Part shown: positions 11,299 through 18,972 of the stretch, piece after piece
Layout of the letters: each line of letters opens with the position of its first letter
Numbering within the stretch: position 1 is the stretch's first letter
Origin: Burkholderiales bacterium
GTDB lineage: Bacteria > Pseudomonadota > Gammaproteobacteria > Burkholderiales > SG8-39
Assembly (NCBI GenBank): GCA_022844545.1
Contig: JALHLN010000001.1
Span: 1 to 45,283 of the forward strand
Direction of reading: 5' to 3'
Length of the DNA stretch: 45,283 bases
The notes under the pieces: model-generated
The model's input: only the letters and a program-made list of their open reading frames with translations
Told to the model about the DNA's origin: nothing
Database searches by the model: none
Position numbers and translations under genes: made by a program

Positions 11299-12036
11299 AT
11301 GCTGCAGAACAAGGAAGGCCAGCGCGTCCCCCAGGTCAGCTTCCGCACCCGCGCCGCGGGCGAGTGGAAGACCGTGACCACGGAGGAGATCTTCAAGGGC
11401 CGGACCGTGGTGGTGTTCTCGCTGCCCGGCGCCTTCACCCCGACCTGCTCCTCCACCCACCTGCCGCGCTACAACGAGCTGGCGCCGGTGTTCCGCGCCA
11501 ACGGCGTGGACCAGATCGTGTGCGTCTCGGTCAACGACGCCTTCGTCATGAACGAGTGGGCCAAGGACCAGGAGTCGGACAACGTGTTCCTGCTCCCGGA
11601 CGGCAACGGCGAGTTCACCGACGGCATGGGCATGCTGGTGGACAAGGCGGACCTGGGCTTCGGCAAGCGCTCCTGGCGCTACTCGATGCTGGTGCGCGAC
11701 GGCGTGGTGGTGAAGATGTTCGTCGAGCCGCAGAAGCCGGGCGACCCCTTCGAGGTCTCGGACGCGGACACCATGCTCGCCTACATCAACCCGAAGGCGA
11801 AGAAGCCCGACCAGGCGGCGATCCTGACCCGCGAGGGCTGCAGCTTCTGCGCGAAGGCGAAGGCGCTGCTGAAGGACCTGGGCTACAAGTACGTCGAGGT
11901 GCCGCTGGCGCACAACGGCCGCAGCACGGTCGTGGGCGCGATCACCGGCAAGGCGACCGTGCCGCAGGTGTTCATCAACGGCGCCCTGATCGGCGGCTGG
12001 GAAGACCTGGAGCGCTGGGCGAAGAAGGCAGCCTGA
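11299..12036 (+). CDS. Hybrid peroxiredoxin (Prx5-type) fused to glutaredoxin
   Basis: I trimmed the ORF to the ATG at 11299, which has AGGAG 8 nt upstream. The peroxidatic motif is [13 protein letters not shown]. The C-terminal Grx domain has CSFC and the pattern [14 protein letters not shown]. Confidence 0.9.
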   Translation: MLQNKEGQRVPQVSFRTRAAGEWKTVTTEEIFKGRTVVVFSLPGAFTPTCSSTHLPRYNELAPVFRANGVDQIVCVSVNDAFVMNEWAKDQESDNVFLLPDGNGEFTDGMGMLVDKADLGFGKRSWRYSMLVRDGVVVKMFVEPQKPGDPFEVSDADTMLAYINPKAKKPDQAAILTREGCSFCAKAKALLKDLGYKYVEVPLAHNGRSTVVGAITGKATVPQVFINGALIGGWEDLERWAKKAA

Positions 12037-12053
12037 CCCCTTAGACTGCGCGG

Positions 12054-13199
12054 GTGTGGCTCACACTCGCGCTCCTCTGCCTCGCCGCGCAGTTGTCCAT
12101 GCTCGGCGTCCTGGCCTGGGGCGGGTGGGCGATGCGCCCGTTCGCCCCGGCGCCGCGGGATCCTGAGCGACCCTGGCCCGCCGTCTCCATCCTAGTCGCC
12201 GCGCGCGACGAGGCCTGGGGCGTGGAGGCCTGCGCGCGTTCCTTGCTCGCCCTCGACTATCCAGGCCTTGAGGTCATCGCCGTGGACGACCGCTCCACGG
12301 ACGCGACCGGCGCCATCCTCGATCGCCTCGCGGCGCAGGATGCACGCCTCAGGGTCATCCATGTCGCCGAACTGCCGCCCGGCTGGCTGGGGAAGAACCA
12401 CGCGCAGTGGCTGGGCGCCGGGCAGGCGCGCGGCGAGCTGCTCCTGTTCACCGACGCGGACATCGAGTTCTCGCCCTCGGCGCTGAGAGACGCCGTCTCC
12501 ATCCTCGAGGCGGACCGGCTGGACCACCTCGCGCTCGGGCCCGCGCTGACGCTGCCCGGGATCCCGCTCGCCGCGTGCGTCGCGTACTTCGCGCGCCAGC
12601 TCACGCTGCTCATGCGGCCGTGGCGCGCGCGCGACCCCGGGTCCAGCGGCTACATCGGCGTCGGCGCCTTCAACCTGGTGCGCGCCTCGGCGTATCGCGC
12701 GGCGGGCGGCCACGAGCGCATCGCGCTGCGGCCGGACGACGACATCCGGCTGGGCCAGGTCCTGAAGCAGGCCGGATTCCACCAGGACGTGCGCCACGCT
12801 CCGGACGCGCTGCGCGTGACCTGGTACGGCAGCGTCGGCGAGTTCGTGCGCGGGCTGGAGAAGAACGTGCTCGCCGGACTCGACTACCGCGGCGCGCTGG
12901 GCCTGGCCGGCCTCGCGCTGCTGCTCGCGCTCGAAACGCTGCCCTGGATCGTCCTCGCGGCCGGAGACGGTGCCGCGCGCGCGGCCGCGGCGGGGGCGAT
13001 CGCCGCCGCCATGCTCTCCATCGCGGCGATCCTCCACGTGGCGCGGGCGCCGGTGGCCGCGGCGCTCCTCGAGCCCTATGCGGCGGTGGTGTTCGCCTGG
13101 GCCTGCATGCGCTCCATCGTCCTCGCCTACGTTCGCGGCGGCATCATGTGGCGGGGCACGCACTATCGCCTGGAGGACCTGCGCCGGAACGAAATCTGA
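12054..13199 (+). CDS. Family-2 glycosyltransferase with a membrane-embedded C-terminal part
   Basis: VSILVAARDE...LDYPGLEVIAVDDRSTD...GWLGKNHA...LLLFTDADIEF shows the GT-A fold with DxD-type motifs. It has an N-terminal TM segment and hydrophobic C-terminal segments. It starts at a GTG 17 nt after the prx-grx stop. Confidence 0.75.
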   Translation: MWLTLALLCLAAQLSMLGVLAWGGWAMRPFAPAPRDPERPWPAVSILVAARDEAWGVEACARSLLALDYPGLEVIAVDDRSTDATGAILDRLAAQDARLRVIHVAELPPGWLGKNHAQWLGAGQARGELLLFTDADIEFSPSALRDAVSILEADRLDHLALGPALTLPGIPLAACVAYFARQLTLLMRPWRARDPGSSGYIGVGAFNLVRASAYRAAGGHERIALRPDDDIRLGQVLKQAGFHQDVRHAPDALRVTWYGSVGEFVRGLEKNVLAGLDYRGALGLAGLALLLALETLPWIVLAAGDGAARAAAAGAIAAAMLSIAAILHVARAPVAAALLEPYAAVVFAWACMRSIVLAYVRGGIMWRGTHYRLEDLRRNEI

Positions 13200-13219
13200 G
13201 CCCACGGTAAACTGGGTCG

Positions 13220-14146
13220 ATGCCGCAGCACGCCATCGCAGTCGAGGGCCTGAGCTTCGAGTACCCGGGCGTGCGCGCGCTGGACGAGGTCGGGTTCACC
13301 GTCGGGCGCGGCAGCGTCACCGCGCTGGTGGGGCCCAATGGCGCCGGCAAGACCACGCTGCTGCGCTGCCTCGCCGGGCTGGACCGGCCGTTGCTGGGGG
13401 CGATCCAGGTCGCGGGCGTGGATGTGCTCGACGAGCCGCGCCTGGTGCACCGCCGGATCGGTTTCCTCTCGGATGTGTTCGGCCTGTATGACGCGCTGAC
13501 GGTGCGCCAGTGCCTGGCGCACGCGGCCGCCGCCAACGGCGTGGCGCCGGAAAAACTGGAGCAGACCGTCGCGCGCACCGCGGCGCGCCTCGCCATCGAC
13601 CAGAAGCTCGAGGCGCGCGCCGGCGAGCTCTCGCGCGGCCAGCGCCAGCGCGTCGCCATCGGCCAGGCGCTGGCGCACGAGCCGGAGGTCCTGCTGCTGG
13701 ACGAGCCGGCCTCGGGCCTGGACCCGGAGGCCCGGCATTCGCTGGCGGTCCTGTTCCGGCGCCTGCAGTCCGAGGGCGTGACGCTGCTCGTGTCCTCCCA
13801 CATCCTGGCCGAACTCGATGCCTATTCCACGCACATGCTGGTGATGCGCGCAGGGCGTGTGATCGAGAACCGGTCGCTGCACCAGGCCGCGGAGGAACGC
13901 CGGCGCCTGCGCATCGAGCTGGCGGCGGCCGACCCCCGGCTGCGCGCCGCGCTGCAGGCGATGCCGGGGCTCGCGCTGATCGAGTCGGATGAACGGTGCG
14001 CCGTCGTCGAACTGCGCGGTGGGTCGGCAGAACAGGCGCGCCTGCTGGCGGCGCTGGTCGCCGCCGGCCTGCCGGTGAGCCGCTTTGGTGAAGAGCGCGA
14101 GGACCTGCACTCGTCCTACATGCGCACCGTGGCGGAGGCGCGATGA
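13220..14146 (+). CDS. ABC transporter ATP-binding protein (ABC-2 exporter subtype with a C-terminal accessory domain)
   Basis: Walker A is GPNGAGKTT, the signature is LSRGQRQR, Walker B is LLLDEPASGLD and the H-loop is SSHIL. Confidence 0.85.
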   Translation: MPQHAIAVEGLSFEYPGVRALDEVGFTVGRGSVTALVGPNGAGKTTLLRCLAGLDRPLLGAIQVAGVDVLDEPRLVHRRIGFLSDVFGLYDALTVRQCLAHAAAANGVAPEKLEQTVARTAARLAIDQKLEARAGELSRGQRQRVAIGQALAHEPEVLLLDEPASGLDPEARHSLAVLFRRLQSEGVTLLVSSHILAELDAYSTHMLVMRAGRVIENRSLHQAAEERRRLRIELAAADPRLRAALQAMPGLALIESDERCAVVELRGGSAEQARLLAALVAAGLPVSRFGEEREDLHSSYMRTVAEAR

Positions 14147-15474
14147 ACCCGGAGTTCCGCCGCAACCTCTGGCTGGAGCTGTCCGTGCACCGCGTGGTGG
14201 CGATGCCGGCGATGCTGCTGCTCGTGCTGGCGCTGGTGTATGCCGCCAGCGAGGATCGCGCCGGCAACGTGGCGCTGGCGGCGGCGGTGATCGCCGGCGC
14301 GCTGCTGGGCATCTGGGGCTCGCGCAACGCGGTGGAATGCGTGGCGGAGGAAGTGCGCGCGCGGACCTGGGACGGCCAGCGCATGTCCGCTATCGGCCCG
14401 TGGGCCATGACCTGGGGCAAGCTGCTGGGCGCGACCGCCTTCGCCTGGTATGGCGCACTGATGGCGCTCGTCGTCGTGCTCGTCGTGGCGCCGCCCGACT
14501 GGTCGCGCTCGCCGCTGCGCGTGACCGCGCTGCTCGCCGCATCCGGAGTGCTGCTGCAGGCAGTGGCCTGCCTTGGCGGGCTGGCGGTGGCGCGCAAGGG
14601 CTACGCGCGCCGCGGCGCTTCCGGCGGTTGGGCGCTGATCCTGATCCTGTTCGTCTTCGGTCCCGGGATGCTCGGTTTCTTCTCGGAAACCGCGCGCCCC
14701 GTCGATTGGTGGGGCGGACGCTACGCGTTCGACGACTTCCTGCTGGGCAGCGTGTCGGTGTTCGCAGCCTGGGCGGTGTTCGGCGTCTACCGCAGCATGG
14801 CCGTCGAGCTGCAGGTGCGGACGCTACCCTGGGCATTTGCGGCGTTCATCCTGTTCCTGACCGCCTACTTCGCCGGGTTCTGGGTGCATGGGGGCGCGGC
14901 TGCGTTGGGGGCGCGCAATGCCATCCTGATCTGGGGCCTGCTGATGGCCGCTTCGCTGACGTACCTGCAGTTGTTCGGCGAAAGCACCGGGGTCGTGGTG
15001 TTCCGCCGCGTGCAGGTGCGACTGCAACGCGGCGAGTGGCGCCGCGCCCTGGAGGAAATGCCCTGCTGGCCGGTTGGCGTGGTCCTCGCGGGCCTGTTCG
15101 CCGGGCTGGGCGCGCTGCTGCTCGATGTGCCGCAACGGGCCGACAGTCCGCTGCACGACCTGGCTGGCGCGCCGCTGGCGCTGTTCCTGCTCCTCGCGCG
15201 GGATGCGGCGATTTTCCTGGTGTTCGCGTTCGCGCGCCAGCCGCGCCGCGTCGAGGCGGCGACGCTGTTCTACCTCGTGATGCTCTATGGCATCGTGCCG
15301 GGCCTCCTGGTCGCCTCGGACCTGCGGGGGCTGGCGCAGCTCGTGCTGCCGCCGGTGCTCGCGACGCCGGGCAAGGCCGCCGCGATAGCTGCGGTGCACG
15401 CCGCGATCGCCTGTGCGCTGGCCGCATGGCGCTGGCGCGCCAGCCGGACCTTCGAAAGGAACACCGAAGCATGA
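14143..15474 (+). CDS. Polytopic membrane protein, probable divergent ABC-2-type permease partner
   Basis: 443 aa with many hydrophobic segments. The segment EEVRARTWDGQRMSAIGPWAMTWGKLLG resembles the E-x-G-T-x-E-x-L...P motif of ABC-2 permeases. The start overlaps the ATPase stop in an ATGA arrangement. Confidence 0.5.
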   Translation: MNPEFRRNLWLELSVHRVVAMPAMLLLVLALVYAASEDRAGNVALAAAVIAGALLGIWGSRNAVECVAEEVRARTWDGQRMSAIGPWAMTWGKLLGATAFAWYGALMALVVVLVVAPPDWSRSPLRVTALLAASGVLLQAVACLGGLAVARKGYARRGASGGWALILILFVFGPGMLGFFSETARPVDWWGGRYAFDDFLLGSVSVFAAWAVFGVYRSMAVELQVRTLPWAFAAFILFLTAYFAGFWVHGGAAALGARNAILIWGLLMAASLTYLQLFGESTGVVVFRRVQVRLQRGEWRRALEEMPCWPVGVVLAGLFAGLGALLLDVPQRADSPLHDLAGAPLALFLLLARDAAIFLVFAFARQPRRVEAATLFYLVMLYGIVPGLLVASDLRGLAQLVLPPVLATPGKAAAIAAVHAAIACALAAWRWRASRTFERNTEA

Positions 15475-16223
15475 ACATCGGCGCTTTCGTCATCGGCGAC
15501 GAGATCCTGGTCGGCAAGCGCCAGGACAAGCACATGGCCTTCCTCATCCAGGCACTCGCGAAGCGCGGGCTGCGCCTCACCCGGTGCGAGTACCTGGGCG
15601 ACGACCCGGACCGGTTGACCGCCGCGTTGACGCGCTCGTTCGATTCCGGGGACATCGTGTTCAGCTTCGGCGGCATCGGCGCCACGCCGGATGACCATAC
15701 CCGCCAGTGCGCCGCCGCCGCGCTGGGCGTGCCGCTGGCGCTGCACCCGGACGCCGAGCGCGAGATCCGCGGCCGCTTCGGCGCCGAGATCACGCCCAAG
15801 CGCCTGGAAATGGGCGAGTTTCCCGTCGGCTCGGAGATCATCCCGAACCCGTTCAACCGCATTCCCGGGTTCATGGTCCGCGAGCACTGGTTCGTGCCGG
15901 GCTTCCCGCAGATGGCCTGGCCGATGGCGGAGTGGGTGCTGGACACGAAATACCGGCACCTGCTTGACCGCGACCGCTGGGCCGAGGGCTCGATCTTCGT
16001 CTATGAGGCGGGGGAGAGCCAGCTGGTGCCGCAGATGCAGGAAGTGGGCGCGCGCTTTCCCGGCGTGAAGGTGTTCAGCCTGCCCTCGATGGGGGAGGAC
16101 GGTTCGCGCCGGCACGTGGAACTGGGGGTGCGCGGGGACCCGGCGCAGGCGGGCGAGGCGCTCGAGCTGCTGAAGGCCGGCGTGACGGCCGCGGGATTCC
16201 CGTTCAGCGACGCCCTGAAATGA
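15471..16223 (+). CDS. CinA-N-terminal-like / MoCF-binding-domain protein (competence/damage-inducible protein A family)
   Basis: The real gene is the 3' part of ORF-track entry 14085..16223, beginning at the ATG at 15471. The sequence MNIGAFVIGDEILVGKRQDKHMAFLIQAL...FSFGGIGATPDDHT matches this family. The start overlaps the previous stop in an ATGA arrangement. Confidence 0.7.
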   Translation: MNIGAFVIGDEILVGKRQDKHMAFLIQALAKRGLRLTRCEYLGDDPDRLTAALTRSFDSGDIVFSFGGIGATPDDHTRQCAAAALGVPLALHPDAEREIRGRFGAEITPKRLEMGEFPVGSEIIPNPFNRIPGFMVREHWFVPGFPQMAWPMAEWVLDTKYRHLLDRDRWAEGSIFVYEAGESQLVPQMQEVGARFPGVKVFSLPSMGEDGSRRHVELGVRGDPAQAGEALELLKAGVTAAGFPFSDALK

Positions 16224-16248
16224 AAAGCCCCGCTGGTGCGGGGCTTTT
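16223..16248. terminator. Bidirectional rho-independent terminator
   Basis: AAAAGCCCCGC-tggt-GCGGGGCTTTT has A/T tracts on both sides. It sits between the convergent cinA-like and phasin genes. Confidence 0.8.
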
Positions 16249-16250
16249 CA

Positions 16251-16372
16251 TTACTTCTTTTTCCTCAACGCCCGCTTCTTCTGCGGGGCGCGCCTTGCGC
16301 TAGATCGGGCTTTGGCTGCGGTCCTGGCTTTTGCCTTGACCTTGCCGCGGCGCGGTTTGGCGCTTAGGCGGC
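16251..16372 (-). other. Start-less Lys/Arg-rich open frame in the -1 frame relative to phaP, a candidate C-terminal extension
   Basis: Read from the last A of the A7 run, the -1 frame gives SRLSAKPRRGKVKAKARTAAKARSSARRAPQKKRALRKKK*. The frame has no ATG/GTG/TTG near its 5' end; the only TTG is 5 codons before its stop. Its TAA (16253..16251) is 2 nt from the terminator. Confidence 0.35.
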
Positions 16373-16912
16373 TTTTTTTGCCTTGGCGAGGCCTTTGACG
16401 GTCTCGGTGGCGGCGGCGACGTTGGCTTCAGCGATCTCGCTGGCCTGCTTGGCGACCTTGTTGAAGTTGTCGTAGGCCGAGTTGGCGGCGGCGATCATCT
16501 GCTTGACCGCGGTGACGGCGACATCGGAGCCGGCCGGGGCGTTCTTGGCGGCCTTGTCCAGCAGCGAGACGAAGTTCTCGTTCATCTCCGAAACGCGGCG
16601 CTCGTTCATTTTCGCGAACTCGGCGCTGGCTTCGGTGGCGACTTCGTACACGCTCTTCGAGTAGGCGATGGCCTTTTCGATCGTCGGCTGGGCGAAGGTG
16701 CTCTGCAGGCCGATGAACTCCTGCACGTCCTTGGCGCCGGTCAGCGCGCGGGCGTTGGCGATGCTGTCCTCGAAAGCCGACTTGACGGCGTTCGCGTTCA
16801 GGTTCGCCAGCTTCTCGATCGCCGCGAACTGCGCGGTGTAGAGCGACAGGATGGAGTCGATGCTGGCCTTGCCGGCGGCTTGGATCTGTTCGGGCGTCAC
16901 GTACATGGTCAA
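16364..16912 (-). CDS. phaP: Phasin (PhaP, Phasin_2 family) PHA-granule protein
   Basis: 182 aa. MTMYVTPEQIQAAGKASIDSILSL...LLDKAAKNAPAGSDVAVTAVKQMIAAANSAYDNFNKVAKQA is co-linear with Cupriavidus PhaP1-type phasins. TAGGAG lies 7 nt upstream of the ATG. Confidence 0.9.
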   Translation of the reverse strand: MTMYVTPEQIQAAGKASIDSILSLYTAQFAAIEKLANLNANAVKSAFEDSIANARALTGAKDVQEFIGLQSTFAQPTIEKAIAYSKSVYEVATEASAEFAKMNERRVSEMNENFVSLLDKAAKNAPAGSDVAVTAVKQMIAAANSAYDNFNKVAKQASEIAEANVAAATETVKGLAKAKKAA

Positions 16913-16973
16913 TCTCCTAGAATGGTTTTGGGCGGGAATCTTTCGGCGCGCTTTGTGCGCCGCAGCAACGACA

Positions 16974-17001
16974 ATTTAAGGCCGTTAGCATTGAATGTCA
17001 A
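16974..17001 (-). promoter_or_regulatory. Candidate sigma70 promoter of phaP
   Basis: On the minus strand the arrangement is TTGACA (17001..16996), a 16-nt spacer, then TAAATT (16979..16974). This lies about 60 nt upstream of the phaP ATG. Confidence 0.45.
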
Positions 17002-17032
17002 GGATTTATTGCAGTGCAGCATAAATCCTTGA
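16998..17032. promoter_or_regulatory. Perfect 12-bp AT-rich inverted repeat overlapping the phaP -35 element (candidate PhaR-type operator)
   Basis: TCAAGGATTTAT-tgcagtgcagc-ATAAATCCTTGA. A related direct repeat, GCATAAATCCT (17019..17029) and GCACAAATCCT (17039..17049), is spaced 20 bp apart. Confidence 0.4.
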
Positions 17033-17139
17033 TGTATCGCACAAATCCTGGGCGGAGTGTCCCGAGACGGGGCGCCAGGCGTTTGAAACGCCGAGGAATT
17101 TGACGCCGCCGGGGCGGACGGCTAGAAGGCCGCTTCCCC

Positions 17140-18048
17140 ATGGCGACACCCCAGGCATCCCACTCGGACCACGTCCCGCGCTCGCTCTGGCTGGTGCTCG
17201 CCGGCCTGACCCTGATCTGGGGCTTCAACTGGACCGCGATGAAGGTCGCGATCACCGAGGTGCAGCCATTCACCTTCCGCACCGTGTGCCTCGCCTCCGG
17301 GGCGATGCTCCTGTTCGGCTACCTGCGCGCCACCGGGCAGGCGCTCACCATCCCGCGCGCGGCGTGGCCGCGGCTGGCGCTGATCGCCTTCTTCAATATC
17401 ACGCTGTGGAACCTGCTGGTGGTGTTCGGCCTGGACCTGATGCATTCGGGCCGCGCCGCCATCATCGCCTACACCATGCCGGCCTGGGCGATCCCGCTGT
17501 CGGTGCTGGTCCTGGGCGATCGCATCACCGGGCGCAAGCTCCTTGGCCTTGCGCTTGGCATGGCGGGGATGGCCCTGCTCATGGTTGAGGAAGTGGCGCG
17601 CCTGCGCAGCGCGCCGCTGGGCGCGCTGCTCATGCTGGGCGCGGCCTGGGCCTGGGCCATCGGCACCGTGCTGCAGAAGAAGATTCCGGTGCGCGTGCCG
17701 GTGGGGACCTTCACCGCCTGGCTGATGGTGGTGGGCGGCATCCCGATACACATCGGCACTTTCCTGATCGAGGACCCGCGCCACCTGGCGACCATCGGCG
17801 GTCCGGCGCTCGCCGGGCTGATGTTCAACGCCATCATCGTTTTCGGCTGGGCACACTGGGCGTGGATCAAGCTCTCCACATCCATGTCGGTGACGGTGTT
17901 CTCGCTCAGCATGCTCATGATCCCGATCGTCGGCGTGCTGAGCGGCGCACTGTTCCTCGGCGAGCGACCCGGCTGGCCCGAGTTTGCCGCGCTCGCGCTG
18001 GTGCTGGGGTCGCTGCTTACGGTGATCGTGCCGCAGCGTTCACGCTGA
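17140..18048 (+). CDS. EamA/DMT-family transporter
   Basis: 302 aa with about 10 TM segments. LIWGFNWTAMKVAI and a duplicated EamA-domain layout are present. Confidence 0.8.
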   Translation: MATPQASHSDHVPRSLWLVLAGLTLIWGFNWTAMKVAITEVQPFTFRTVCLASGAMLLFGYLRATGQALTIPRAAWPRLALIAFFNITLWNLLVVFGLDLMHSGRAAIIAYTMPAWAIPLSVLVLGDRITGRKLLGLALGMAGMALLMVEEVARLRSAPLGALLMLGAAWAWAIGTVLQKKIPVRVPVGTFTAWLMVVGGIPIHIGTFLIEDPRHLATIGGPALAGLMFNAIIVFGWAHWAWIKLSTSMSVTVFSLSMLMIPIVGVLSGALFLGERPGWPEFAALALVLGSLLTVIVPQRSR

Positions 18049-18922
18049 TCGTGCGCCTGCGCGGGATCGCACTGGGGTCCCAGGCGCCTCTTGCCCATAG
18101 GAGCAGGTCGCCGTCGGCGACATCGGCGGGCGCGGCATGGCCGAGGAACGCAAGCGCCGCGCGCAGGTCGCGCGAAGAGCCCTCGGCCGCGTCCTTCTGC
18201 TTGGACAGCTTCTCCCCGGCGGCGGTCACCGCCACCGGAACATGCAGGTAGCGCGGCGCGGGCAGTCCGAGCAGCCGCTGCAGGTGGATCTGGCGCGGCG
18301 TGGAGTCGATCAGGTCGGCGCCGCGCACCACGTCGGTGATGCCCTGTTCCGCGTCATCCACGACCACCGCAAGCTGGTAGGCGAAGGTGTTGTCGGCACG
18401 AAACACCACGAAATCTCCGACCTCGCGCTCGACCGACTGTTCAACCGGGCCCTGCAAGCGGTCTACAAACGCGATCGCTTCGGCCTTCGTCCTTACCCTG
18501 ATCGCGCGCGGGCTTTTTCCGCGCGCGAAGCCGCCACGACAGGTTCCCGCATACACCCCAGCACCGTCCGGAGTGATCGCGGAATCCGCGATCTCCTTGC
18601 GCGTACAAGCGCACCAATACGTGGCCTCCATCGAAGCCAGCCGTTCCAGCGCCTCCCGATAGAGATCCAGCCGCCGGCTCTGCCACGATACCTCCCCGTC
18701 CCAATGCAACCCGGCCGCATCGAATTGCGCCAGGATCCGGTCCGCGGCCTCCGATTTCACTCTAGGCCGGTCGAGGTCCTCCATGCGCAGCAGCCATCTC
18801 CCGCCCGCGGCGCGCGCGTCGAGCCAGCTCGCGATCGCGGCGACGAAGGAGCCGAAATGCAGCGGACCGGTGGGGGAGGGGGCGAATCTGCCAACGTAGG
18901 AAGGGTCGGGTTGAAGCGGCAT
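18017..18922 (-). CDS. gluQ: Glutamyl-Q tRNA(Asp) synthetase
   Basis: GRFAPSPTGPLHFGS is the HIGH-like motif and KLSKQ is the KMSKS-like motif. WCACTRKE...YAGTCRG provides the Zn ligands. I trimmed the ORF to the ATG at 18922 (MPLQPDPSYVGRF). Confidence 0.85.
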   Translation of the reverse strand: MPLQPDPSYVGRFAPSPTGPLHFGSFVAAIASWLDARAAGGRWLLRMEDLDRPRVKSEAADRILAQFDAAGLHWDGEVSWQSRRLDLYREALERLASMEATYWCACTRKEIADSAITPDGAGVYAGTCRGGFARGKSPRAIRVRTKAEAIAFVDRLQGPVEQSVEREVGDFVVFRADNTFAYQLAVVVDDAEQGITDVVRGADLIDSTPRQIHLQRLLGLPAPRYLHVPVAVTAAGEKLSKQKDAAEGSSRDLRAALAFLGHAAPADVADGDLLLWARGAWDPSAIPRRRTISVNAAARSP

Positions 18923-18972
18923 GCGCCGCCCCAATATACACTGCACATTTCCCCAATCAGGACGATCCCGTC

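Noticed and set aside
14085-15470. The upstream 460 codons of ORF-track entry 14085..16223 (712 aa).
   Set aside because: Only the last 250 codons, from the ATG at 15471, look like a real protein (CinA-N-like). The upstream part is an Arg/Gly-rich out-of-frame read-through of the ABC ATPase and permease genes.
16998-17282. A 94-aa minus-strand ORF spanning the phaP/eamA intergenic region.
   Set aside because: It has no RBS and an implausible Arg/Pro-rich sequence, and it overlaps the eamA 5' end and the promoter/operator region. I treated it as non-coding.
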